Shown piece by piece: positions 9,181 through 17,223 of a stretch of 64,000 bases of DNA. The notes beneath the pieces were generated by a model. That model was given only the letters and a program-made list of their open reading frames with translations. It searched no databases and was not told the origin of the DNA. Source of the stretch: a virus (taxonomy: Duplodnaviria; Heunggongvirae; Uroviricota; Caudoviricetes); IMG/VR virus record IMGVR_UViG_3300029582_000367, positions 28,950-92,949 of that record. One strand, given 5' to 3'. Made by a program: the position numbers and the translations under genes. How positions within the stretch are numbered: position 1 is the first letter of the stretch; each line of letters begins with the position of its first letter.

Positions 9181-10223
9181 CCGCACTGGGGACAAGTCCA
9201 ATTCCGAACCTTTTCATCCTTCACAGCGGAGTTCTTGTAGCCACAGGAGCTGCAGGTCTGGCTGCTGGGATAGAACCGGTCGATTTGGATGAATGTGCGT
9301 CCCGCCCACAGTGCCTTGTATTCCAGCATCTGGAAGAACTCGGACCAAGAAACATCAGCGACAGCCTTTGCTTTCTTGTGGTTCTTGACCATGCCCTTAA
9401 TGTTGAGGTCTTCCACTGCGATGACTTGGTTCTTGTCAACGAGTTTCCGACTCAGCTTATGGGTATAGTCTCGACGCTGGTTTACAACACGCTCATGGAT
9501 GACTGCTACCTTGCGCCGCTGCTTCTCATAGTTGGAAGAACCCTTCCGCATACGGGATAGCTTGCGCTGTTCACGGGCCAGCCTCTTCTCGCTATGGATT
9601 AAGCAGTGAGGGTTCTCATAGGTGTTGCCATCACTGTCAGCGGCAAATACATGAAGCCCAACGTCAATGCCGACCTCCGTGTTTAGCACCGGCAGCGGTT
9701 CAACTTCCTCTTTACAGAGAACGGACGCCCAATACTTACCGGAGGCACTGCGGGACACCGTGACATTTACCGGAACTCCGGTAACGGCACGTTTATCCTT
9801 ACCGCGCTTTACCTTCCCAATGGAGGGAATCTGGACAAACTTCTCGGTCACAATGACCGAGCCATCTGTAGTGAAGCTCTGCTTGGGATTCTTCCGTCCC
9901 TTGAATCTCGGATATCCCACCTTGCCTTTGCCTTTTTTGCAGCGACGGAAGAACCCGTCGTAGGCGTCGCAGAGGTGCTGTATCGTATAATTCAAGGCGT
10001 GCCGGTTACAGCTACCCAGCCAAGGAAGATAGGCCTTCATCTCCGTCAGGAGCTTCTTCATACCGTAGTACGAGAGACTCTCACCACGGCGCTGGTAGGC
10101 CTTGGACTTCCGCTCAAGAAAATGGTTCCACACGAACCGGCAGCACCGAAAGGTGTTCTCTATCTCCGCTGCCTGAGCTTCTGTGGGTTTGATGCACAGC
10201 TTGTAAGCCCTGTAGATTTCCAA
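9105..10223 (-). CDS. tnpB: TnpB RNA-guided endonuclease (copy 2)
   Basis: 372 aa, ~95% aa identity to 2884-4002. Confidence 0.9.
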   Translation of the reverse strand: MEIYRAYKLCIKPTEAQAAEIENTFRCCRFVWNHFLERKSKAYQRRGESLSYYGMKKLLTEMKAYLPWLGSCNRHALNYTIQHLCDAYDGFFRRCKKGKGKVGYPRFKGRKNPKQSFTTDGSVIVTEKFVQIPSIGKVKRGKDKRAVTGVPVNVTVSRSASGKYWASVLCKEEVEPLPVLNTEVGIDVGLHVFAADSDGNTYENPHCLIHSEKRLAREQRKLSRMRKGSSNYEKQRRKVAVIHERVVNQRRDYTHKLSRKLVDKNQVIAVEDLNIKGMVKNHKKAKAVADVSWSEFFQMLEYKALWAGRTFIQIDRFYPSSQTCSSCGYKNSAVKDEKVRNWTCPQCGAHHDRDINAAINILRKAKDTCTAA

Positions 10224-10250
10224 CGCTTACACTCCTTTCTGTAAAGCTAT

Positions 10251-10946
10251 TCATTCTCCTTGCATAGACCCCACACAAAACTTTGGATAGTCTGTTGCTC
10301 CCCAATACTCCTGAGTAATCCTAACCCAGTCGTCATACTTGCCCGTAATCTGCGGTGCCGCCGTGAACGTGCTGCCTTCTGCGTGAAGTCCGGCAACACC
10401 GGAGCGAATGAGCATGAAGTCATACAGTGCCATAGTGATGGCAAACGCCTCATGCGCCCTATTACCGCCCGTGACCGCATATTCCTGCAGCGTAGTGTCA
10501 CGTGTGCATGGCTTCTCGATGAGCGCCGTGGGAATTTCACCGTTCTCACGCTCCAGAAACACCGGAATCTTTACGCCGGCATTTCCCATCCCAACGGGAT
10601 ATGCGTGGAAGATGTCGCCGCAAAAGTCCGCCGTGATGATATTGAACGGCGCCTTCTCCAGCTCCACAGCGTTGAGGTAAATACGCGCCACGGGCATCAT
10701 CTCCAACAGCAAAGCATACGGCTCAGAGATACCTTGCTTCTTATCCCTCCTCGCAGCAAAGAAACCACGGACAGGCTGCGACACAACCATCTCCCGCGTA
10801 CAGAAGACGCCGTTCGCGGCCATGGATGAGCCTGTAGGCGCATCGCTGACCGTGAAGCGGCCTACGAGAGCCTTGGAAGGCATCTCGTAGAGCTCAAACC
10901 TCACGTCACCGTCCTGCGTCATGGACGGAAGCATCCTGACGGTCAC
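10251..10946 (-). CDS. hypothetical protein; last ~13-20 codons encoded by IS copy-2 left end (probable 3' truncation by IS insertion)
   Basis: ORF stop 10251 lies inside sequence conserved with copy-1 left end (to ~10312). Confidence 0.5.
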   Translation of the reverse strand: MTVRMLPSMTQDGDVRFELYEMPSKALVGRFTVSDAPTGSSMAANGVFCTREMVVSQPVRGFFAARRDKKQGISEPYALLLEMMPVARIYLNAVELEKAPFNIITADFCGDIFHAYPVGMGNAGVKIPVFLERENGEIPTALIEKPCTRDTTLQEYAVTGGNRAHEAFAITMALYDFMLIRSGVAGLHAEGSTFTAAPQITGKYDDWVRITQEYWGATDYPKFCVGSMQGE

Positions 10947-11524
10947 ACCGCACCGCCGCTTTCATTGACATCAGAAGCCTCCATAGAAGGCTCCACGGCG
11001 CTCTCTACGTCGTTTCCGCCGCTACCAGTGTCGTTACCCTCGGAAGCACCGACGTTCGCACCAGCGTCGCCTCCGGCTTCGCCAGTGGCAGCATTGCTGT
11101 CACCCTCGGAACCGGCTTCGCCGGCGGGCTTATCGTTATCACCGATGTTGGCATCATCACCCTCGCCGTGGGCGGCAGGGTCAGCGTCGTCCGTGGGAGT
11201 GCTGGAGTCTATGGGGTTGGTGCCATCGGCAGGAACGTCCTCGCCGCCAAACTCCGCAGTAACCAGCGCCGTTGCGATAGTCACGATTTGCACGGGAACA
11301 ACGCCGTCCCGCTTTCCGGTCTTACATTCCGCAATAGCGGAATCCAACGACCGCATAAGGTTCTCATAGAACCGCTTTGTCAGCTTGACGCGGTCAGTGC
11401 CAGCCGGCAGATTTGAGAAACAGGCCGTGATACAAAAAGGCGTCGCCTGCGGTCCACCTTTCTTTGCCTGCGGGTCAGGTGCAGGGTTGAACAGTACGGT
11501 GATAGAGTGTTGATTCTCGTTCAT
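10943..11524 (-). CDS. hypothetical protein with acidic G/D/E-rich C-terminus
   Basis: ORF, 4-nt overlap with downstream gene. Confidence 0.5.
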   Translation of the reverse strand: MNENQHSITVLFNPAPDPQAKKGGPQATPFCITACFSNLPAGTDRVKLTKRFYENLMRSLDSAIAECKTGKRDGVVPVQIVTIATALVTAEFGGEDVPADGTNPIDSSTPTDDADPAAHGEGDDANIGDNDKPAGEAGSEGDSNAATGEAGGDAGANVGASEGNDTGSGGNDVESAVEPSMEASDVNESGGAV

Positions 11525-11633
11525 TATTCTTTTGTCCTTTCACATTGAAGTTGCTATATGTTAATGGCTTTGCTTAACGTATTGATATTGAAACCCGACT
11601 GTAAAGTGTGCAATCATTGCACACTTTTTCAGT

Positions 11634-13190
11634 TCACAGCAAATCAGACCATCGGACGGAACAGGGTTCCATCTTGACCTTCTTGGGCTTCTTGGGTGCC
11701 AGAACGACCGGTGCCGGTTCTGCCTTTGTCACAGGCTCAACAGCCTTTGTAGGCGGCAGGATGCGGGTGCGCGGTGTGGCAGGTCCAGTCTGGACGTGCG
11801 CCTTGACAGGTGAGTCGTAGGTGATAACAGCGGTGGGAAGCTGTTCCGGCTTGGGATTGGGAACCAGCTTGGGTGCGTTCCGCAGTGCAGCCTGCACAGC
11901 AGCGGCGGCACTGGCACGTTTCTCACGTCTCTCGGCAGCCCAGACCTTTCTGCGCTCCTCATACTCAGCCTGACGCTTCTTTTCTTCCTCAAGTTTGGCA
12001 AGGCGTTCCGCCTCACGTTTCAGCTTGAGCTCTGCGGCCTTGCGAGCCTGTTCCTCTTTCCAGAGGCGTTCACGCTCTCTGGCCTCGGCCTGACGCTTCC
12101 GGAGTTCTTCTGCGCGTTTCTGACGTTCCTCAGCCCAGCGCTTCCGTTCCTCTCGCGCAGCTTCCTCAGCACGAGCTTCGATTTCCAGTTGTGCCTCAGA
12201 GGTCTCACGCTGTTCACGAGCTTTTTTTCGCTCTCGCTGTTTCTTTGATTTCTCCTTGGCAGCTCTGCGAGCCTCCTCTTGTTTCTCCCAGATGGTCTTT
12301 TCATCTTCCTGCGTTTCCTCAGGGGAGGTAGGAGTCACATCAGAGTCGTCAATACCCTCATCCGCACGGAACTGTGCAATGGCGGCGTAGCTGCGGCGCA
12401 TATCCATCAGCATACGCTCCATATTGGTGTATTGAACATAGAAGATAGGGACATCATAAGACCTTGCCGCAGCCATCATTGAAGCCCAGAGGGGATGCCC
12501 GATATGCTTATAGGCAATGAAACAGGCAATCACCTTGTCAAACTGAGTTGCCTTTTCGGGCGAATGGTCTCCATCCACATATACCCAGTTGGGATAAATG
12601 GCCTTGACCTTATTCACCATGTTGGGATGTCCGCCAACGAACACGATGCGAGACTCAGGCAGGGAGGGGAGTACCGTCGGCAGGGCGGCTTCGCCCTCCT
12701 CATATGTCTCCTGCTCCGCTTCGCCCTGTTCATCGCAGCTCTCCAGCAGAGCCCTCAGCTCGTCGTTATCTTTCTGCAGCCGCCAAAGCTCACCCTCGTA
12801 GGACTTCTTCTGGCGGTGCCAGTCTGTACGCTCTTTTGCCAGCGTGGACTGTGCCTTTTCCGCCTCAGACCTGTAATTCTCGACCTGTGCTGTGAGTTTT
12901 TCGATTTCGGCCACAAACTCTTCGTTGAGCTTGAGCAGGTCGCCGTTCATTTCCTGCAGCTCGGCATCCGTTTCCGGTACTTCCTGTTCAGAGACTTCTT
13001 CGGACAGCTCAATGGCGGCGTCTTCCGCTATACGCTGTTCCTCAGCAGCCTTGTCCAGCTTGGCCTGTTCCATGGCCTTTTCAACGACGGCGTGGAACTG
13101 GCGTGCGCTGTATGGCATCCGGAGCAGCTTCTCGGTAGAGGCTTTCAGGGCTTCAAAGTCAATATTTACTTTTGAAACGTCGAAGTCCAT
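11634..13190 (-). CDS. hypothetical protein with long K/E/R-rich coiled-coil segment
   Basis: GAGGTG RBS before ATG ~13190 (ORF-track GTG start at 13223 would read through array repeat A1). Confidence 0.55.
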   Translation of the reverse strand: MDFDVSKVNIDFEALKASTEKLLRMPYSARQFHAVVEKAMEQAKLDKAAEEQRIAEDAAIELSEEVSEQEVPETDAELQEMNGDLLKLNEEFVAEIEKLTAQVENYRSEAEKAQSTLAKERTDWHRQKKSYEGELWRLQKDNDELRALLESCDEQGEAEQETYEEGEAALPTVLPSLPESRIVFVGGHPNMVNKVKAIYPNWVYVDGDHSPEKATQFDKVIACFIAYKHIGHPLWASMMAAARSYDVPIFYVQYTNMERMLMDMRRSYAAIAQFRADEGIDDSDVTPTSPEETQEDEKTIWEKQEEARRAAKEKSKKQRERKKAREQRETSEAQLEIEARAEEAAREERKRWAEERQKRAEELRKRQAEARERERLWKEEQARKAAELKLKREAERLAKLEEEKKRQAEYEERRKVWAAERREKRASAAAAVQAALRNAPKLVPNPKPEQLPTAVITYDSPVKAHVQTGPATPRTRILPPTKAVEPVTKAEPAPVVLAPKKPKKVKMEPCSVRWSDLL

Positions 13191-13213
13191 GTTTTTCACC
13201 TCATGTTTTTGAG

Positions 13214-13317
13214 TGGTATACACAGCCCTGTTATTTCAGGGCCTTATACACCTGTGGCAACTGAGAAAACGGTGCTACTGCAGGTATACAACCCTGCTAT
13301 TTCGGGGCCTTATACAC
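13214..13317 (-). CRISPR. CRISPR-like mini-array A: 2 palindromic repeats (36-38 nt, GGTATACAaCCCTGyTATTTCgGGGcCTTATACACC) + 1 unique 30-nt spacer
   Basis: repeats 13214-13251 and 13282-13317; spacer TGTGGCAACTGAGAAAACGGTGCTACTGCA; same repeat family as arrays B, C. Confidence 0.55.
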
Positions 13318-13450
13318 CCAGCACAGGCATATTCAGTTCCCGAAAGTGCTGGTGTCAACTCTCACTTGACAAACCAGCTAACAGAGTATTCCTGCTTCCA
13401 CGACAACCATGCATCTCCACAGGCGTAAATTCCGGTCATACCGTCCGTAC
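13318..13450 (-). ncRNA. conserved ~130-nt scaffold/leader module A, homologous to TnpB right-end (omega-RNA scaffold) region
   Basis: minus strand AGTACGGACGGTATGACCGGAATTTACGCCTGTGGAGA...GAAGCAGGAAT shares exact 15-mer TTACGCCTGTGGAGA and 11-mer GAAGCAGGAAT with tnpB right ends; starts 27 nt after stop of upstream gene. Confidence 0.5.
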
Positions 13451-13476
13451 TCAATATTTTCTGCTCTCGCTTGATT

Positions 13477-13932
13477 TCAACTTAGTTCAGCAAGGACAAA
13501 ATCAGGGAAACACTTCGGAATCTTGAAAGTGCGTCCTGTCTCGTTTCCTGCCCCATCCATCTCTTTGGCATAGTGACAGCGGCGACTTGTAGGCAGCAGC
13601 GGGTCCAGTTCAAATTGCCGAACCACGGCATCGCCACGGGAGAGCAGGGAAGGGGTAACGAGCCTTCCGACGAGGTAGTGCTGGATGACGGAGATGCAGG
13701 CTTCGGGGTGCTGGGCGTTTGCCCTCTGTACCTGAGCGTTTGGAGTATCCCGATAATCGCTTCCATCGTAAGGAGCCATTCCCATGAACGTTATGTAGTA
13801 CCAACGCACCTTTTCACAGTCGAAGACGATAGCTGACCTTGCTGCTCTCGCAATCCGGTCTGTATTCTGCCTTTTGGCATAGCCGGCGCTGTATGTAAAG
13901 ACACGCCAGCGATTGTTGCTCAAATTCTCCAT
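13477..13932 (-). CDS. hypothetical protein
   Basis: ORF. Confidence 0.5.
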   Translation of the reverse strand: MENLSNNRWRVFTYSAGYAKRQNTDRIARAARSAIVFDCEKVRWYYITFMGMAPYDGSDYRDTPNAQVQRANAQHPEACISVIQHYLVGRLVTPSLLSRGDAVVRQFELDPLLPTSRRCHYAKEMDGAGNETGRTFKIPKCFPDFVLAELS

Positions 13933-13981
13933 TTAATTACCCACCAAGTCATGCGGTCGTAGAAGGAATGAATTAGGTATA

Positions 13982-14162
13982 GGTATACTGCCTGTCCTGA
14001 GGTATACAACCCTGTTATTTCGGGGGTTTATATACCAATCGAACCGCCATTCAGATAATCCGTAAGGTATATAACCCTGATATTTCTGGGCTCTATACGC
14101 CTGTCTCCTCAAGCGACAGATTATATGGTATACACCCCTGTCATTTCAGGGCCTCATACACC
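13982..14162 (-). CRISPR. CRISPR-like mini-array B: 3 repeats (14001-14036, 14066-14101, 14127-14162), 2 unique spacers (29, 25 nt) + degenerate distal half-repeat 13982-14000
   Basis: 36-nt interrupted-palindrome repeats, spacers unrelated to each other; degenerate repeat at scaffold-distal end as in CRISPR arrays. Confidence 0.55.
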
Positions 14163-14294
14163 CAACACAGGCATATTCAGTTCCCTAAGGTGCTGGCATC
14201 ATCTCTCACATGAAACCCAGCTAACAGAGCATTCCTGCTTCTACGATGACCATGCATCTCCACAGGCGTAAATTCCGGTTATACCATCCGTACT
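14163..14294 (-). ncRNA. conserved scaffold/leader module B (TnpB-right-end-like)
   Basis: ~90% identical to module A and C; begins 9 nt after stop of MTase gene. Confidence 0.5.
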
Positions 14295-14302
14295 TGCATT
14301 TT

Positions 14303-15357
14303 TTAGAGCGCCAGCCGCATTTGGACATCACCTACACGACGCCGTGCAAGCTCGGCATACTCTTCGTTCAGCTCAATACCGATGAACTCGCGTCCATAGC
14401 GATGAGCCACAATGCCCGTCGTCCCGCTTCCTGCGAAGGGGTCGAGGACAATATCACCAGCCTTTGTTCCTGCAAGGATACAAGGCTCAATGAGCTTCTC
14501 AGGGAAAGTCGCAAAGTGCGCCTCCCGCGTTCCCTGTGTTGCAACGCTCCAGACATCACGGCGGTTTCTTTTACCGGTCCTGTTCTCGACGTTCCCGTGT
14601 GTCTCACGTTCCGCCACAGCGCTGTTATCAAAACTGCGATTGTTGGTATAGGCGCCGCCCCCACGGAATGACTTGGCATTGCCTCTGCGCCGTCTTGTAT
14701 TGGGGCGAAGTGTACCTTCGCTTCCCGCTACCTCAGCGTTATTGTAGCCAACGGCATCTTCCATAACGGCCTCATAGTCGTAGTAGTAAGTCCGTGACTT
14801 ACTGAGGAGGAATATATACTCGTGGCTGCGGGTAGGGCGGTCTTTCACGCTTTCCGGCAGTGCATTGAGTTTCTGCCACAGGATATCGCTTCTCAGATAC
14901 CAACCATCGGCTCTCAGCGCGAAGGCGAGCATCCAAGGGATACCCAGCAAGTCCTTAGGCTTGGCGTCCTCACTGGTAACGGTCTTTTTCAGGCGCCCCA
15001 TGACCGACCCCGTGTTGGTACTCTGCTTCGTGTTTTTCCCGCCGGCGTCCGAATGACGCCCGTCCGCATTGCGTCCTTTGCCGCTTCCTGCGTAGCTGTC
15101 GGCGATATTGACCCACAGCGTGCCATCCGGCTTCAGGACTCGCTTCACTTCGTGGAAGACCTCCACCAGCTTCGCAATGAACTCCTCCGGCGTATCTTCC
15201 AGCCCGATTTGCCCATCCACTCCGTAGTCACGGAGCTGGAAATAGGGAGGAGAGGTGACACAGCACTGTACGCTCTCGCTATCCAGTTGTCTCAGGACTT
15301 CAAGGGCATCGCCGCTGTATATCACAAATGACACCTCCAGTTTGCGTTCTTCACGTT
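14303..15357 (-). CDS. DNA methyltransferase (beta-class N6-adenine/N4-cytosine; motif IV SPPY precedes motif I DPFAGSGTTG)
   Basis: TSPPY and VLDPFAGSGTTGIVA motifs; start placed at GTG ~15357 with GGAGG RBS (ORF-track start 15415 reads through array C repeat). Confidence 0.8.
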
Positions 15358-15378
15358 CGCTCAGGCCACGCAACATAA

Positions 15379-15617
15379 GGTATACAACCCTGTTATTTTG
15401 GGGTTTTATACACACCGTGCGAGGGGGTGTAAGGACAACTCTATATGGTATACATCCCTGTTATTTCAGGGTATTATACGCCCCTTGCAATCCGCAGGGC
15501 GTATGCCAGTGTAAGTATAAAACCCTGTTATTTCGGGGGGCTTATACACCTGTGCCGCCTATCAGCCACTCGTCCCGTAGGAGTATACAACCCTGCTATT
15601 TCGGGGTCTTATACACC
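15379..15617 (-). CRISPR. CRISPR-like mini-array C: 4 repeats (15379-15416, 15447-15482, 15515-15550, 15583-15617), 3 unique spacers (30, 32, 32 nt)
   Basis: same 36-nt palindromic repeat family; spacers unique. Confidence 0.55.
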
Positions 15618-15750
15618 CGACACAGGCATATTCAGTTCCCTAAAGTGCTGGCATCATCTCTCACATGATTAACCAGCCAACAGAGTATTCCTGCTTCACC
15701 GACGACCATGCATCTCCACAGGCGTTAATTCCGGTTATACCGTCCGTACG
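15618..15750 (-). ncRNA. conserved scaffold/leader module C (TnpB-right-end-like)
   Basis: as modules A/B. Confidence 0.5.
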
Positions 15751-15765
15751 CATTGAAATTTTTCT

Positions 15766-15807
15766 GAGAGGGCTATTTAAGATTTTTAGGTCTTAAATAG
15801 CCCTCGT
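15766..15807. terminator. perfect palindrome GAGGGCTATTTAAGA-TTTTT-AGGTCTTAAATAGCCCTC (bidirectional terminator)
   Basis: 17-bp perfect stem. Confidence 0.6.
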
Positions 15808-15917
15808 ATTGTAGAGCCGGTATCGGGCTCTCCGGCATCTTCTATGCCGGTGCCACCTCCGGCGGGCTACCAGCTTCGGGGCAAGGTCGAGCCCCCTCGC
15901 TCCCGTGTCTGAAATTG

Positions 15918-16364
15918 TTACTGCATTTCCGCCCCACACTTGGGGCAGAAATCATGGGGTTCATTGTGGTCGAGATACGACTCCTTCCCACAGTGGGTAC
16001 AACGAGCTTCGTAGTCGTTGATGAACTCCCAGTGCCCCACAGGGGGCATATATGAGGGACGCTCCGTGCGCTCATTCTCAGAGGTCGGCTCGGTCGCCAC
16101 AGGCGTGGGCTTGCCGACTACAATGAGGCTGCGGCTTGCACCCTTGAGATGGGTGATACGTCCTTCAGCTTCCAGACGCTTGAGGTGCGACGCCACCGTA
16201 GAGGGGGAGTTCAGACCAACGCCTGCAGCAATATCACGGATAGAAGGTGAAATGCTGTTCTGCTGGATGAACTCGCAGATGAAGTTGTAGACCTTCTCAC
16301 GAGTCGGAATATTCTTTTCGCTGGTAGCGGTCTCAACGCTCTTGGTGGTGTTCATATTTGCCAT
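15918..16364 (-). CDS. LexA-like winged-HTH domain fused to C-terminal zinc ribbon (CTHCG...CPKCG)
   Basis: IRDIAAGVGLNSPSTVASHLKRLEAEGRI resembles LexA N-terminal DNA-binding domain; no peptidase domain. Confidence 0.6.
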   Translation of the reverse strand: MANMNTTKSVETATSEKNIPTREKVYNFICEFIQQNSISPSIRDIAAGVGLNSPSTVASHLKRLEAEGRITHLKGASRSLIVVGKPTPVATEPTSENERTERPSYMPPVGHWEFINDYEARCTHCGKESYLDHNEPHDFCPKCGAEMQ

Positions 16365-16447
16365 GTGTAATCCCTCCTTGGGAACAATGTATTTACCTCT
16401 TTTTGTCTGGCGTTAAATCAGAATGTATTAAATAATCTGAGGGTTGT

Positions 16448-16798
16448 TTAAGCGCTCCTCCGGCGCTGTTCACGCTCACGCTCCATCAGGTCTACCTTGA
16501 CCGTTGCACGGAGCTGAATAACGAGTGTCTTGGGGTCATAGGTGGTCAATTCCGCGAACCAAAGGGAATTGAAGAAGTCTTCAGCGTCCTGTTTCTTCTT
16601 CAGTGCCGAGATATAGCTATTATCCAAGGGGTCGCGTTTGACCATCAGCCTCAGGGCTGCCATGTAGTCGGCTGCGGCCTGTTTTACAATGGCATTTGCC
16701 AGCTCCACGAAAACATCATCAATGACGCAGTAGCTCCAAGGCGATTTGTCGTAGTTGCGAGGTTTGGAATCGTAGGGATACGGCTCAAAGGGCCTCAT
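16448..16798 (-). CDS. hypothetical protein
   Basis: ORF. Confidence 0.45.
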   Translation of the reverse strand: MRPFEPYPYDSKPRNYDKSPWSYCVIDDVFVELANAIVKQAAADYMAALRLMVKRDPLDNSYISALKKKQDAEDFFNSLWFAELTTYDPKTLVIQLRATVKVDLMEREREQRRRSA

Positions 16799-17157
16799 GC
16801 CTCATCACCACCTTCCGGCGTATCGCGTTCGTCGGGAGGTCCGTCCTCAGGCGGGGCGTTGTCGTAGGGCTCAGGCGGCTCACCGTAAGACTCTGCGTAG
16901 GCCGGCCCCAGCACCACCAACTCCGTATTGTCCACGAAGACGCAGTGCTCGATGCCGAGGGAGTTCAGCAGTGCGGATACATCCTGCAGCAAGCTGTAGT
17001 GTGCGCCGGCGTTCCGGCAGGCATCAGCCTTACCTTGCCACGTGGGGGTGTAGTGCCGCACCAGCTCGCGTACAAGCACGGTCTTGTCCTCCGAGACGAC
17101 CACGCCGCCGCTGTCGTCAATGGCGATGACGTGAACCAAGTTTGTGTTTGTGTTCAT
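16795..17157 (-). CDS. hypothetical protein (acidic N-terminus)
   Basis: ORF, 4-nt overlap. Confidence 0.45.
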   Translation of the reverse strand: MNTNTNLVHVIAIDDSGGVVVSEDKTVLVRELVRHYTPTWQGKADACRNAGAHYSLLQDVSALLNSLGIEHCVFVDNTELVVLGPAYAESYGEPPEPYDNAPPEDGPPDERDTPEGGDEA

Positions 17158-17223
17158 GCGATTTACTCTCCTTTCTTACTGGAGTATTTAAGATTTGATG
17201 TGTTTTCCCACAAAACTTAATTT

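Larger units (their letters stand above)
8908..10312 (-). mobile_element. IS200/IS605-family tnpB-only element, copy 2
   Basis: ~93% identical to copy 1 incl. both ends; left end overlaps 3' end of ORF 10251-10946. Confidence 0.8.

Noticed and set aside
13318-13450. Conserved 130-nt modules as prophage att direct repeats
   Set aside because: Four copies, not two. Each is homologous to the tnpB right-end scaffold, and three are followed by hairpin arrays. This is not the pattern of attL/attR.
15376-15415. ORF-track start of the MTase at 15415 and of the 529-aa gene at 13223
   Set aside because: Both alternative starts would translate through array repeats. Downstream starts with proper RBS were chosen (about 15357 and 13190).
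13214-15750. Interpreting the repeat-spacer loci as a canonical CRISPR-Cas locus
   Set aside because: No cas1/cas2 or known Cas effector in the window, and the arrays are tiny (1-3 spacers). Reported instead as CRISPR-like arrays tied to a TnpB/omega-RNA-like scaffold.
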